The notes: generated from the letters alone by a model not told the origin. 63,942 bases of DNA, filler included, from an uncultured bacterium (GCA_964449065.1; 3 parts of 3 records of this genome joined end to end with filler, not necessarily neighbours in it); one strand, 5' to 3'; positions 18,945-27,309 are shown, numbered from the whole stretch's first letter. Made by a program: numbers and translations.

Positions 18945-19221
18945 AAAACCCGCACCGCAGACCGTTTCCCGCCTGAAATTCTGGACATTCGTTCTCCTTA
19001 TTCTGGGTCTATCCAGAAGTGACATTTTAAGTGAGATCGATGAAGCACAGGCGGCGGGAGCGCTCACCGCAATCGAGGCCGAAGCCCTCAAGCTCCGTGT
19101 CACAGACGCGGTTGAGTATGAAAGGACTGATCCAGATGTCCTTGAAGTGGCTTCGCTCCTCGGTGTCGCCTCCTCGCAAGAGGAAATTGACGAGTTGTTT
19201 CGTCAAGCAGGCGACTTGTAA
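18931..19221 (+). CDS. hypothetical protein, probable tail fibre chaperone
   Basis: P..VSRL.F...L, A.EYERTDP.V, EEIDELFRQA pattern seen in small fibre-associated phage proteins. Confidence 0.55.
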   Translation: MPKLRKPAPQTVSRLKFWTFVLLILGLSRSDILSEIDEAQAAGALTAIEAEALKLRVTDAVEYERTDPDVLEVASLLGVASSQEEIDELFRQAGDL

Positions 19222-19238
19222 CAACCAGCAGGTAACCT

Positions 19239-19481
19239 ATGAAGAACTTTCCATCAACCCCGATACCCGTTGAGGCATTCCGACTACCCGACCTCGTAAA
19301 AAATGGAGCAGATGTATTGTCACTGGGGGTAGTGTTAGGGTCTCTGACTGAATTTCTACCAGCCATTGCCGCCTTGTTTGCGATCATATGGACTGCAATC
19401 CGTATCTTTGAGTGGTTTAGGGTGCGTGTTCTTAGCAAGCGCCCTATCAAGTTCTTGGATATGGAGAAAGAAGAGGAATAA
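19239..19481 (+). CDS. small membrane protein, holin-like
   Basis: Hydrophobic core VLSLGVVLGSLTEFLPAIAALFAIIWTAIRIFE with a charged C-terminus; T7 gp17.5 position. Confidence 0.6.
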   Translation: MKNFPSTPIPVEAFRLPDLVKNGADVLSLGVVLGSLTEFLPAIAALFAIIWTAIRIFEWFRVRVLSKRPIKFLDMEKEEE

Positions 19482-19486
19482 GTACG

Positions 19487-19930
19487 ATGAACCCTGTGAC
19501 TGCAATCACCGGGGCTATCCCAAGTGTCGTTGATAGCGCCTTCAAAGGTCTCGACAACCTTTTCACGTCCGATAAGGAGCGTGCTGAGGCCAAGCTGAAG
19601 GTCATTGAGGAACTCGCGAAGCCCCATCATTACCAAGCTCTAACCAATCTGGAAGAAGCCAAGCACGCCTCGATCTTCGTGGCTGGGTGGAGACCCGCTA
19701 TTGGGTGGGTCTGTGCGGCTGGCATCGCTTATGCGGTGCTGATCTATCCATTTTCGGGTATGATCGCCACATTCATCGACCCCTCGATCCAGCTTCCAGA
19801 GATCGACTCCTCGATCCTGATGACCCTCACCCTAAACCTTCTAGGCCTTGGGGGTCTTCGGACATACGAGAAGCAGAAAGGGATCGCTCGTGAGTCTCTT
19901 CCTCCTCTCAAGAAAGGAAACCTCTACTGA
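19487..19930 (+). CDS. 3TM holin family protein (GTA-type holin)
   Basis: LFTSDKER, SIFVAGWRPAIGWVC, LLGLGGLRTYEK.KG signature. Confidence 0.85.
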   Translation: MNPVTAITGAIPSVVDSAFKGLDNLFTSDKERAEAKLKVIEELAKPHHYQALTNLEEAKHASIFVAGWRPAIGWVCAAGIAYAVLIYPFSGMIATFIDPSIQLPEIDSSILMTLTLNLLGLGGLRTYEKQKGIARESLPPLKKGNLY

Positions 19931-20163
19931 TGGCTGCGAAAACGGAGACTGTCCACAAGCTTCATGAGCTTCTGGCGAGGACGCTGGTCGATAAACTCCA
20001 AGGTGACCCCGCCGAGCTCACTGCAGCGGAACTTGGGGTGATCCGCCAGTTCCTCAAGGACAACGACATCACGGCGATGGCCAAGGATGACAACGCTATC
20101 GGCCAGCTTGCAAAGAGCCTCGCCGATCTCCCTGAGTTTGGTGACGATACCACCATCAACTAA
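19930..20163 (+). CDS. terS: terminase small subunit (DNA maturase A, T7 gp18-like)
   Basis: LHELLA...TAAELGVIRQFLKDNDIT motif; directly before terL. Confidence 0.88.
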   Translation: MAAKTETVHKLHELLARTLVDKLQGDPAELTAAELGVIRQFLKDNDITAMAKDDNAIGQLAKSLADLPEFGDDTTIN

Positions 20164-20183
20164 CACGAAAAGAGACCCTTCCA

Positions 20184-21992
20184 ATGATCGAAGAACCCAG
20201 TGGTCAATTACGACCGCTATTCGAAGGAGTCACCAGCAGGGGGTTGTCCATCAAGGATGATCCCCTGTCTGATTTCAGGCGGTTCCTGTACATGGTGTGG
20301 AAGCATCTAGGGCTTCCGCCTCCGACCCCGATCCAATACGATATCGCAAACTACCTGCAGAAGTGCGCCTTCTCAGCCTCGTCGGAAGACGACATGCAGC
20401 GCATCATCATCGAGGCTTACCGTGGGGTCGGTAAGTCGTGGATTACCTCAGCGTTCGTTGTGTGGCTCCTCTATATGAACCCACAGTTGAATATCATGGT
20501 CGTCTCGGCGAGTAAGGACCGTGCAGACGACTTCACCACATTCACCCTCAGACTGATCTACGATATCGCGATACTCAATCACCTGATCCCTGAGAGGGAC
20601 CAGAGACAGTCGAAGATCGCTTTTGACGTAGGACCGGCCCGAGCCTCACATGCCCCCTCAGTGAAGAGCAGAGGCATCACAGGGCAGCTTACGGGTGGCC
20701 GTGCGGATATCATCATTGCGGATGACATCGAGGTTCCCAACAACTCTGCAACCCAGCTTATGAGGGACAACCTCTCGGAGCGGGTGAAGGAGTTCGATGC
20801 TATCCTCAAGCCGGGTGGTCGAGTGATCTTCCTTGGCACCCCGCAGACCGAGATGACCATTTACAATGTTCTACTCACTCGTGGGTACAAACTTCGAGTG
20901 TGGCCTGCAAGGTATCCCGACGATGACAAGCTGTCGAACTACGGGCTTCACCTTGCACCCTACATCATGGACAAGATCGAGCGTGGGGCCAAGAAGAACA
21001 CCTCAACAGACCCCGACAGGTTCTCTGATATAGACCTGATGCAACGAGAGTTGTCTTATGGTCGCTCAGGGTTCGCCTTGCAGTTCATGCTCGATACCCG
21101 TTTGAGTGACGCTGAGAAGTTCCCTCTCAAGCTCAACGATCTGATCGTGATGGATATCCCGGTCGACCAAGCTCCAGCCACAATCGCATGGGCAGGATCG
21201 AGGGACTACATGATAGGTGATCTCCCTGCGGTGGGCCTTACAGGGGATATCTACCACAAGCCCATGATGCTCTCTACCGAATGGCTTCCCTTCACGGGGT
21301 CAGTCATGTCTATCGACCCATCAGGGCGAGGAGCCGATGAGACGGGTTATGCCGTGGTGAAGATGCTCAACTCCAACCTCTATGTACCTGAGGCTGGTGG
21401 GCTGTCTGGAGGCTACTCAGCAGAGACCTTGAAGGAACTCGTCGAGATCGCCAAGCGCCAGAAGGTGAACATGGTGGTCGTCGAGGATAACTTTGGGGAT
21501 GGCATGTTCGTCGAGCTAATCAAGCCCTACTTCCGACAGGCAGGTTACCCTGTAACAATCGAGGGTATCCGTAGCTCCAAATCGAAGGAGCAGCGGATCA
21601 TTGATGTGCTGGAGCCTGTGGTCAATCAGCATAGGCTTGTGGTGTCTCGGAAGGTCATCCAGCAGGACTTTGACTCGACCCGAGACCTCCCACCCGAGAA
21701 GGCTCTAGCCTATCAACTGTTCTACCAGTTCACCCGGATCACCCGTGAGAAGGGAGCCTTGGTGCATGATGACAGGCTGGATGCTCTGGCGATGGCTGTT
21801 GCCTATTGGGTCGAACAGATGGCTCTGGATCAGGAAGAGCAGCTTGGGAAGCACCGAGAAGACCTCTTGCAGGCTGAGATCGATAAGACCAAGAAGGCTA
21901 TGGAAATGGGCCTCGCAGTCACTATAGGGGCACTTTCAGGTAGCCTTGAAAGGCATGAGAATTTAGCTGGTGTGAACACTAGATTTCGATAA
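20184..21992 (+). CDS. terL: terminase large subunit (DNA maturase B, T7 gp19-like)
   Basis: Walker A AYRGVGKSW, Walker B IIIADDIE, LGTPQ coupling motif, nuclease SIDPSGRGADETG and HDDRLDAL. Confidence 0.97.
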   Translation: MIEEPSGQLRPLFEGVTSRGLSIKDDPLSDFRRFLYMVWKHLGLPPPTPIQYDIANYLQKCAFSASSEDDMQRIIIEAYRGVGKSWITSAFVVWLLYMNPQLNIMVVSASKDRADDFTTFTLRLIYDIAILNHLIPERDQRQSKIAFDVGPARASHAPSVKSRGITGQLTGGRADIIIADDIEVPNNSATQLMRDNLSERVKEFDAILKPGGRVIFLGTPQTEMTIYNVLLTRGYKLRVWPARYPDDDKLSNYGLHLAPYIMDKIERGAKKNTSTDPDRFSDIDLMQRELSYGRSGFALQFMLDTRLSDAEKFPLKLNDLIVMDIPVDQAPATIAWAGSRDYMIGDLPAVGLTGDIYHKPMMLSTEWLPFTGSVMSIDPSGRGADETGYAVVKMLNSNLYVPEAGGLSGGYSAETLKELVEIAKRQKVNMVVVEDNFGDGMFVELIKPYFRQAGYPVTIEGIRSSKSKEQRIIDVLEPVVNQHRLVVSRKVIQQDFDSTRDLPPEKALAYQLFYQFTRITREKGALVHDDRLDALAMAVAYWVEQMALDQEEQLGKHREDLLQAEIDKTKKAMEMGLAVTIGALSGSLERHENLAGVNTRFR

Positions 21993-22090
21993 GGATATTA
22001 AGGGGTTGGGGTGGGTTACCCACAGGTTGGGTTGCAGATAGAGAATAAACACTCCCCCCCCCGGTACAACACCCCCCCCAATACCATAAC

Positions 22091-22190
22091 NNNNNNNNNN
22101 NNNNNNNNNNNNNNNNNNNNNNNNNNNNNNNNNNTTAATTAATTAANNNNNNNNNNNNNNNNNNNNNNNNNNNNNNNNNNNNNNNNNNNN
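22091..22190. other. artificial contig-joining spacer
   Basis: 44 N + TTAATTAATTAA (22135-22146, stops in all six frames) + 44 N. Confidence 0.97.
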
Positions 22191-22217
22191 CCCCCCTTAA
22201 TAAGGGGGGATAACAAC
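22191..22217. repeat. REP-like palindrome, family A (C-run/TTAA/G-run), at the contig start
   Basis: CCCCCCTTAATAAGGGGGGA; related copies at 34258-34297 and 62240-62279. Confidence 0.75.
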
Positions 22218-22368
22218 GACAGTCTCTTCGTTGCGTAACATGAGTAATTATTTTATATAAATATTATTTGGGGTTTACAACAATCAATTGTTATGCAATA
22301 TTAACTTATGATAAGCATATGATTTCTCGTTGTATCGTGAAAATCTTTTCAAAAATGGAGTTGCCATT

Positions 22369-22920
22369 ATGAACGTACGGATAAACGGTAAGGTCGTAGG
22401 AGGCATAACAGTATTATTTCTCGCCTTTTTGGTGTGGAACGCCGCAATCCTTGTTTCCAGCAATGACAGCGAAGCTCAACTCACGGTAACAGGAGATTTA
22501 GAACAAAACGGCAAACTCAACCGGGATGATCTTCAAAAACTACACGTAGAGACAATTGATTGGAATCATGATGGGGTATCTCATCAATTAACGGGGGTAT
22601 CACTCGATACCATCCTCATTCATTTCGGTTTTACAGAGGGAAAAAGCCGAAAAGACGTTCCAGCCAATGAACGGCGCAGCGGCTGGAGAAAAGTGATTAT
22701 CGCAACAGATAATACCGGATATCAAGTTGTATTCAGTTGTGCAGAAGTATCCGAAATGATGGGCACAACAAAAGCGTATGTCGTATGGGAAAAAGATGGT
22801 CAACCTTTATCAACAAAAGAAGGTCCCTTACGGTTGGTCGTGTTAACTGACAAAAAAGGGGCTCGGTCTCTTCGACAACTAACGGAATTAAGAATTGTTG
22901 ATGCACGTAAATTACTGTAA
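22369..22920 (+). CDS. exported molybdopterin-dependent oxidoreductase-like domain protein
   Basis: N-terminal hydrophobic segment, LTVTG, LTGVSL, GYQVVFS.AE, GPLRLVV..DKKGARS.RQL. ATG 22369 follows GGAG (ORF track starts at 22330). Confidence 0.7.
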   Translation: MNVRINGKVVGGITVLFLAFLVWNAAILVSSNDSEAQLTVTGDLEQNGKLNRDDLQKLHVETIDWNHDGVSHQLTGVSLDTILIHFGFTEGKSRKDVPANERRSGWRKVIIATDNTGYQVVFSCAEVSEMMGTTKAYVVWEKDGQPLSTKEGPLRLVVLTDKKGARSLRQLTELRIVDARKLL

Positions 22921-22967
22921 CCAAAATCCATAATCCATAATCAAAATACAATAACGTTCCTAGGGAG

Positions 22968-23678
22968 TTGATCATGTATGCAAAGTATTTGATTGTTTTA
23001 TTCGTATTTGTGGGCACAGCTGTATTATCGGTGCACTCGCAAACCAATGTTGATATTCAAGGGGAAGAAACCACCATTGATTCAACCATATTTTCCGAAA
23101 ATTCAACGGGAAATTCCGGCGGGTCGGATTTTATGCGGGCCGGGCTAAATGGGAAAGGCGATATCAGAAGAACGTTAATTCGATTTGATTTAAGCGATAT
23201 CCCTCCGCAATCTGTTATTTTAAGCGCGATGCTTGAAATCGTGGTCGTGGATTTTGCCGGGAATGGACCTTCTGAAACGGCACAAACGCTTCACCGCCTC
23301 AATCAGGTATGGACGGAAGGTTCGGGTATCGACGAAAGAGGTGAATTTGTTGATAATGCCGTGAGTTGGAACTCAACACAAGAAGGGGTGCAATTGTGGG
23401 ATACCCCAGGCGGCACATTCGAATCACAAAGTAGCGCGGAGGCAATTATCCCGGCAGAAATGAATGCTTCAATTATCTGGAATGGATCAGGAGTAGTGCA
23501 AGATATCCAAAACTGGGTTAACGGCGATGTTCCCAACTATGGATGGATCATCGTTGGTGATGAAAACACTTCAAGATCAGTGCGTGCCTACGCGACATCT
23601 GAATTTGGGGAAATAGAGCCAAAACTACACATTGAATATACGATGAATTCATCCATTGAAATATGGAGTTTGTATTAA
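22968..23678 (+). CDS. secreted DNRLRE-domain protein
   Basis: Signal peptide; D.TI..EN, RRTLIRFDLSDIP, W.TPGG.F, DIQNWV...PNYGWII, PKL.IEY. Confidence 0.75.
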   Translation: MIMYAKYLIVLFVFVGTAVLSVHSQTNVDIQGEETTIDSTIFSENSTGNSGGSDFMRAGLNGKGDIRRTLIRFDLSDIPPQSVILSAMLEIVVVDFAGNGPSETAQTLHRLNQVWTEGSGIDERGEFVDNAVSWNSTQEGVQLWDTPGGTFESQSSAEAIIPAEMNASIIWNGSGVVQDIQNWVNGDVPNYGWIIVGDENTSRSVRAYATSEFGEIEPKLHIEYTMNSSIEIWSLY

Positions 23679-23745
23679 ATCAACAATAATTCAATTAGCA
23701 ACCTTGGGGCGCTTTGTACCAACCCACCGCTCGCGAATCAAGTCG

Positions 23746-23767
23746 TGGTAGGGCGAGGCTCCCGCTG
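23746..23767. repeat. REP-like element, family B
   Basis: TGGTAGGGCGAGGCTCCCGCTG; inverted relatives at 34184-34217 and 34301-34334. Confidence 0.65.
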
Positions 23768-23806
23768 TTATTCGCACACATTCGCGTTCATTCGCGGTTA
23801 ACAAAC

Positions 23807-24616
23807 TCATCGGTATGACAAATGCACCATCGCGCGGAAGGCGTCGATGATGACGTTGTAGTTGGTATGCACATATTGCAATGTATACCCGTCTATCCGT
23901 TCCGCCAGCGGTACCACAGATGCTTCATCCGCCTGGCGGGTGTGTTGAAACTCTACATTTAGGGTGTAGGGCGACTCAAACCTGAATACCTTGCCGGGCG
24001 AGGTGATCGCGTCCTTGGCTGCTTCTTTTATTTCTTGCATAACAGTCTGCAACGGTTTCGATAAGGCGGCTCTGCGGGAGACGCTTTTTTTGACGGCTAC
24101 AGTTGCGATATCCCCAAAATACTCTTTCGCGAGGGCGCAGGTGGTTTCATCCCCCGTCACCAGTTTGATAGGAACACCGCATTCACCTGCCACCGCCCCA
24201 AACAGCAGCATCTCAGGCGCTTCGATTCCATTGACGAAAACCCGGTGCGTGGTGCTGGAGTAGGTGTGATCAAGAATGCTGCTCGTCGTCCCGGCAGGCG
24301 CGTGATAACCGGTGAGGAAAACGCCGCTGAAAGTGGAGTCAATTCCTTCCATCATCGATGAACGTTTTGGATTGCCGCTCAGCAGCGATGCTTTGGGGTG
24401 CAGATGTTCGATGAGAATATTCTTCATGCTGTCGTGTGAATCATTCACCACAACACCGGTTGCCCCGCCCTGCACCGCGCCTTCAACGGCGGCATTGACT
24501 TCATCGGTCATGATGCGGCGAAAGCGGTCATAATCCGGATGCCCGGATTCCGTCTCCGGCCAGTCCACCACCCCGGCCACACCTTCCATATCGGAAGAAA
24601 TGTAGATTGTATCCAT
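23807..24616 (-). CDS. dppA: M55 family D-aminopeptidase
   Basis: IYISSDMEGVAGV, VNDSHDSM.N, SMMEG, GYHA, LDHTY, VTGD. Start MDTIY at 24616 (ORF track extends to 24655). Confidence 0.92.
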   Translation of the reverse strand: MDTIYISSDMEGVAGVVDWPETESGHPDYDRFRRIMTDEVNAAVEGAVQGGATGVVVNDSHDSMKNILIEHLHPKASLLSGNPKRSSMMEGIDSTFSGVFLTGYHAPAGTTSSILDHTYSSTTHRVFVNGIEAPEMLLFGAVAGECGVPIKLVTGDETTCALAKEYFGDIATVAVKKSVSRRAALSKPLQTVMQEIKEAAKDAITSPGKVFRFESPYTLNVEFQHTRQADEASVVPLAERIDGYTLQYVHTNYNVIIDAFRAMVHLSYR

Positions 24617-24827
24617 AGCAGGATTGTATCCGCCAAGGCAATAATTTGAAAGCATCTCAAGCAGGCGGTATAATCCTAAAAACAGGGATGGGTGACCAGA
24701 GATTCATGATTCGTTATAGTGATTATCAAAAATGCGTTTTGATTACAAAGCGTTTTATCATGTACCGGCTGGAAGCCGGTGCTACCCGGCTATTCAACTC
24801 TGAAACGCTCTAGTCCTTCGCCCTCAC

Positions 24828-24853
24828 GGTGGTATGTGTGCGGTTTCCGTTTT
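24828..24853 (+). repeat. 26-nt direct repeat, left copy, flanking the TA pair
   Basis: GGTGGTATGTGTGCGGTTTCCGTTTT, 23/26 identical to 25450-25475. Confidence 0.8.
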
Positions 24854-24912
24854 AGGGCGAACGGATAATAAAAAACCTATGCCAAGTTTCAAGCAGCGGT
24901 TATGATACATTA

Positions 24913-25149
24913 ATGGTGGAGCATCCTAACAAACACATTCGAGAGGCTTTGCGTTTTGCCGGATCTTTCGGTTGGACAATCAAGAAGGCTGGTTCAAGGG
25001 CTCATGCATGGGGCATCATTCATTGCCAATACGGACATCGAGACTGCCGTATGTCGATTTGGTCTACTCCCCGTAATCCGGAAAATCACGCCAATGCCAT
25101 TCGCCGCAAAGTAAACCGTTGTCCCGGCCCAACTGAGAATGGCTTCTGA
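24913..25149 (+). CDS. putative HicA-like type II toxin
   Basis: 78 aa, basic; HPNKHIREAL...GW...H.WG...SIWSTPRNPENHA; upstream of an acidic partner. Confidence 0.65.
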   Translation: MVEHPNKHIREALRFAGSFGWTIKKAGSRAHAWGIIHCQYGHRDCRMSIWSTPRNPENHANAIRRKVNRCPGPTENGF

Positions 25150-25163
25150 AAGGAGTTTGTTTC

Positions 25164-25442
25164 ATGACCGAATATCACTTTCGCTTGATCCTGAGTAAAC
25201 CATTTGCAGGACATCTATCCGATGAAGCATTGTTGGATGCGACCGATGCACTGGGGGATGCAGGATGCAATGATTGTTCTATTGGTGTCTGTAGTAAAGG
25301 ATTAGAATTGGAGTTCGATCGAAAGCATCTGTCACTGCAAGAAGCCATTGCCTCCGCGATTCGTGATGTGGAAGGGGCGGGGTATCTTGTCGAATCGGTG
25401 CAGATGGACCGGGACGCTGTGATTCCAGTTGGATTTCGTTAA
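25164..25442 (+). CDS. putative HicB-like antitoxin (short form, no HTH visible)
   Basis: 92 aa, acidic; Y.F.LIL...DAL..AGC.D...LEFDR...SL.EAI.SAI.DV; strong AAAGGAG RBS. Confidence 0.65.
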   Translation: MTEYHFRLILSKPFAGHLSDEALLDATDALGDAGCNDCSIGVCSKGLELEFDRKHLSLQEAIASAIRDVEGAGYLVESVQMDRDAVIPVGFR

Positions 25443-25449
25443 ACCCCGT

Positions 25450-25475
25450 GGTGGTGAGTGTACGGTTTCCGTTTT
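25450..25475 (+). repeat. 26-nt direct repeat, right copy
   Basis: GGTGGTGAGTGTACGGTTTCCGTTTT. Confidence 0.8.
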
Positions 25476-25588
25476 GGATTGCAGAGTAAGCGCGGCGATA
25501 AGCCTCAGCGAAAGAACGACTTAGCGTTTTCTTTTCCGAACAATCTTAAATAGAATCAGTATAAGAACATTTGGGGTATTCACAAGTA

Positions 25589-26743
25589 TTATTCTTTCTG
25601 ATCCGAATCAATTATTTTTATAGTAGAATGAACCGTTTTTAATCCAGAACCATTAACGGATTCATGGCTTTCAATGACATCTATTTCTTCTTCGATCATA
25701 TTGTCTTCATTTAATTCTATTTGCAATCCGGTCTCAATCCGGTCAATTTCCAAGACGGATTGGCTTCTTATTTTATTGGCTTCCGACTGCTCATCTTTGG
25801 GAAGGTAAGAAACCGTTTCCACACGGTAGGGAAACCAAATACCACCCTGCCGCTTAAATTTGGAGGCGTGAAATTCCGTATCCAATTCATTTTGCAAATA
25901 AAAATACCCTTCCGTCCAACAATATCCCTTGCTTGCATCAACCAGCATTTCACCTTGCTGCGGCGTATAATACATACTGCCGGTCCCCATAAAAACAGTG
26001 TAAAGATCACCTTCTTCCGCATGAGAACGCTTGGATTTCACCATTTTCTTTACTGGAAGAAACGACAATCCCCGTCCGAATTTGTGAGCGCTAAAACTCA
26101 AAAACAGATTGGTTGGCTTTTCTTTTTCTCTCACTTCTTTTCGAGGGATGGTATACGGCTTCAGTTTGGGATCATCAGTCTTTTCATATTTTGGAATCGT
26201 GATGGAAACATCCCGATTGGATTCACGTAAAGTAATCTCCTTATACCGCATATACTTTCCCTTGCCCGCAGAATCCGGCTCCCGGTCAATGGTTACGAGC
26301 GTTTTGCCATTTGCATAGATGACCTGAAAATCCCAAACCCGGGTAACATCTTCTTCCGCTAAGGGAAATACCTCTTCCGGGTCGCGATGGTTTCTTCCTA
26401 CGCTCATAAAATTACCGAATTTCTGAAAATCAAAATTGGCAATTTCACTGGGATCATTCATAGTTTTATTCAAATGATTGCTGACCATTCGCCTCAGCAA
26501 ACCATTGGTTCTATCTTTTTGCCTGTCTTGCCTTTTCTTCGTCCTTTCCCGGTACATAACAGCCTTTTTGTTGTAATACTCTTTCGGGGTAAAGGTGGTC
26601 ATGGTTCCTGTAATGGAAACGCCGGAAATGGATTGATCCGCTTTCTCGAAAATAGCTTTAATATCATCTACCTGCGGGAAGGCACAGACCTCTGCAAGAA
26701 GAAATAGTGGAAGAATAGACAGGAATACCGCACGATTATTCAT
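25589..26743 (-). CDS. hypothetical exported protein
   Basis: 384-aa ORF with a signal peptide. C-terminal F....GIWFP.R motif loosely resembles LolA-like or outer-membrane-sorting folds; family not firmly recognised. Confidence 0.7.
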   Translation of the reverse strand: MNNRAVFLSILPLFLLAEVCAFPQVDDIKAIFEKADQSISGVSITGTMTTFTPKEYYNKKAVMYRERTKKRQDRQKDRTNGLLRRMVSNHLNKTMNDPSEIANFDFQKFGNFMSVGRNHRDPEEVFPLAEEDVTRVWDFQVIYANGKTLVTIDREPDSAGKGKYMRYKEITLRESNRDVSITIPKYEKTDDPKLKPYTIPRKEVREKEKPTNLFLSFSAHKFGRGLSFLPVKKMVKSKRSHAEEGDLYTVFMGTGSMYYTPQQGEMLVDASKGYCWTEGYFYLQNELDTEFHASKFKRQGGIWFPYRVETVSYLPKDEQSEANKIRSQSVLEIDRIETGLQIELNEDNMIEEEIDVIESHESVNGSGLKTVHSTIKIIDSDQKE

Positions 26744-26939
26744 GATAGAAATTATTATCCCATTTCAATTTAATTTTGATTGTGTCTCCTTTTAAGGAAC
26801 AAGGGGCATGAAAGTTGAAAACTCCAACCATTTAACCCCACCCAGCTTCCCCCATTGCATTGGGGGAGGAGTATGTGACTCATCATTATTTATTTGAATC
26901 CGTATTAGTATCACAGAAGTGCGTTAACGTCAAATTCGT

Positions 26940-27081
26940 AAAAAAAAATCCCTCTGGCGGAGGGTAGAACCAGAGGGAAAACGGTTCGGGAGGAACCGCA
27001 GCAGTTGGGAATGTGTGGTGTATGGGTTTTAGGAGAGATCACTTGATTGCTGGGAAAACAATCAATTGAAACCATACGCCA
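26940..27081 (-). ncRNA. candidate structured small RNA or leader ending in an intrinsic terminator
   Basis: Three stem-loops (27016-27081, 26982-26998, 26949-26978), then T9 on the minus strand; loops are CU-rich on that strand; no ORF. Confidence 0.45.
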
Positions 27082-27277
27082 TGTAGAACGGTTAATTATC
27101 TCTAGTGTAACGCTTCTCCTATGGGAAGTTTTGAATCAATTTCGTAATCTTCATACCGGATGTTTATAGATTTTAAAACTGATATAATTAAGGATTATCG
27201 AGAAAGAAAAGCGATAAGTCATTCATTCGCTTAGTCTTATCGTAACGCTAATTTAACAATCCTAATTAGTGGCCATG

Positions 27278-27309
27278 GTGGGCTACGCTTCGCTTTGAGC
27301 CCACCCTAC
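27278..27309. repeat. GTAG-type REP-like palindrome
   Basis: Minus strand reads GTAGGGTGGGCTCAAAGCGAAGCGTAGCCCACC; followed by a 13-nt tandem repeat GTTCATCACCCCA x2 (27313-27338). Confidence 0.55.

Larger units (their letters stand above)
1..22090 (+). mobile_element. T7-like (Autographiviridae-type) podophage genome fragment, late gene module
   Basis: Co-oriented genes in T7 class III order: portal, scaffold, capsid, tail A, tail B, four internal virion proteins, fibre, holins, terS, terL. No integrase or host flank is visible, so prophage versus free phage cannot be decided. Confidence 0.95.

Noticed and set aside
21919..21929. TCACTATAGGG resembling the T7 promoter core
   Set aside because: The upstream specificity region does not match, it lies inside terL coding sequence, and I found no repeated copy ahead of the scaffold, capsid or fibre genes. 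No phage promoter consensus could be derived.
22091..22190. TTAATTAATTAA palindrome, and an apparent prophage junction with the bacterial DNA
   Set aside because: An identical N-flanked six-frame-stop spacer recurs at 44185-44284. It is a concatenation linker, so no att site or gene neighbourhood can be inferred across it.
24817..25541. Integron attC sites around the TA pair
   Set aside because: GAAC/GTTC ends are present, but I could not build a proper R''-L''-L'-R' hairpin and there is no integrase. Kept only as direct repeats.
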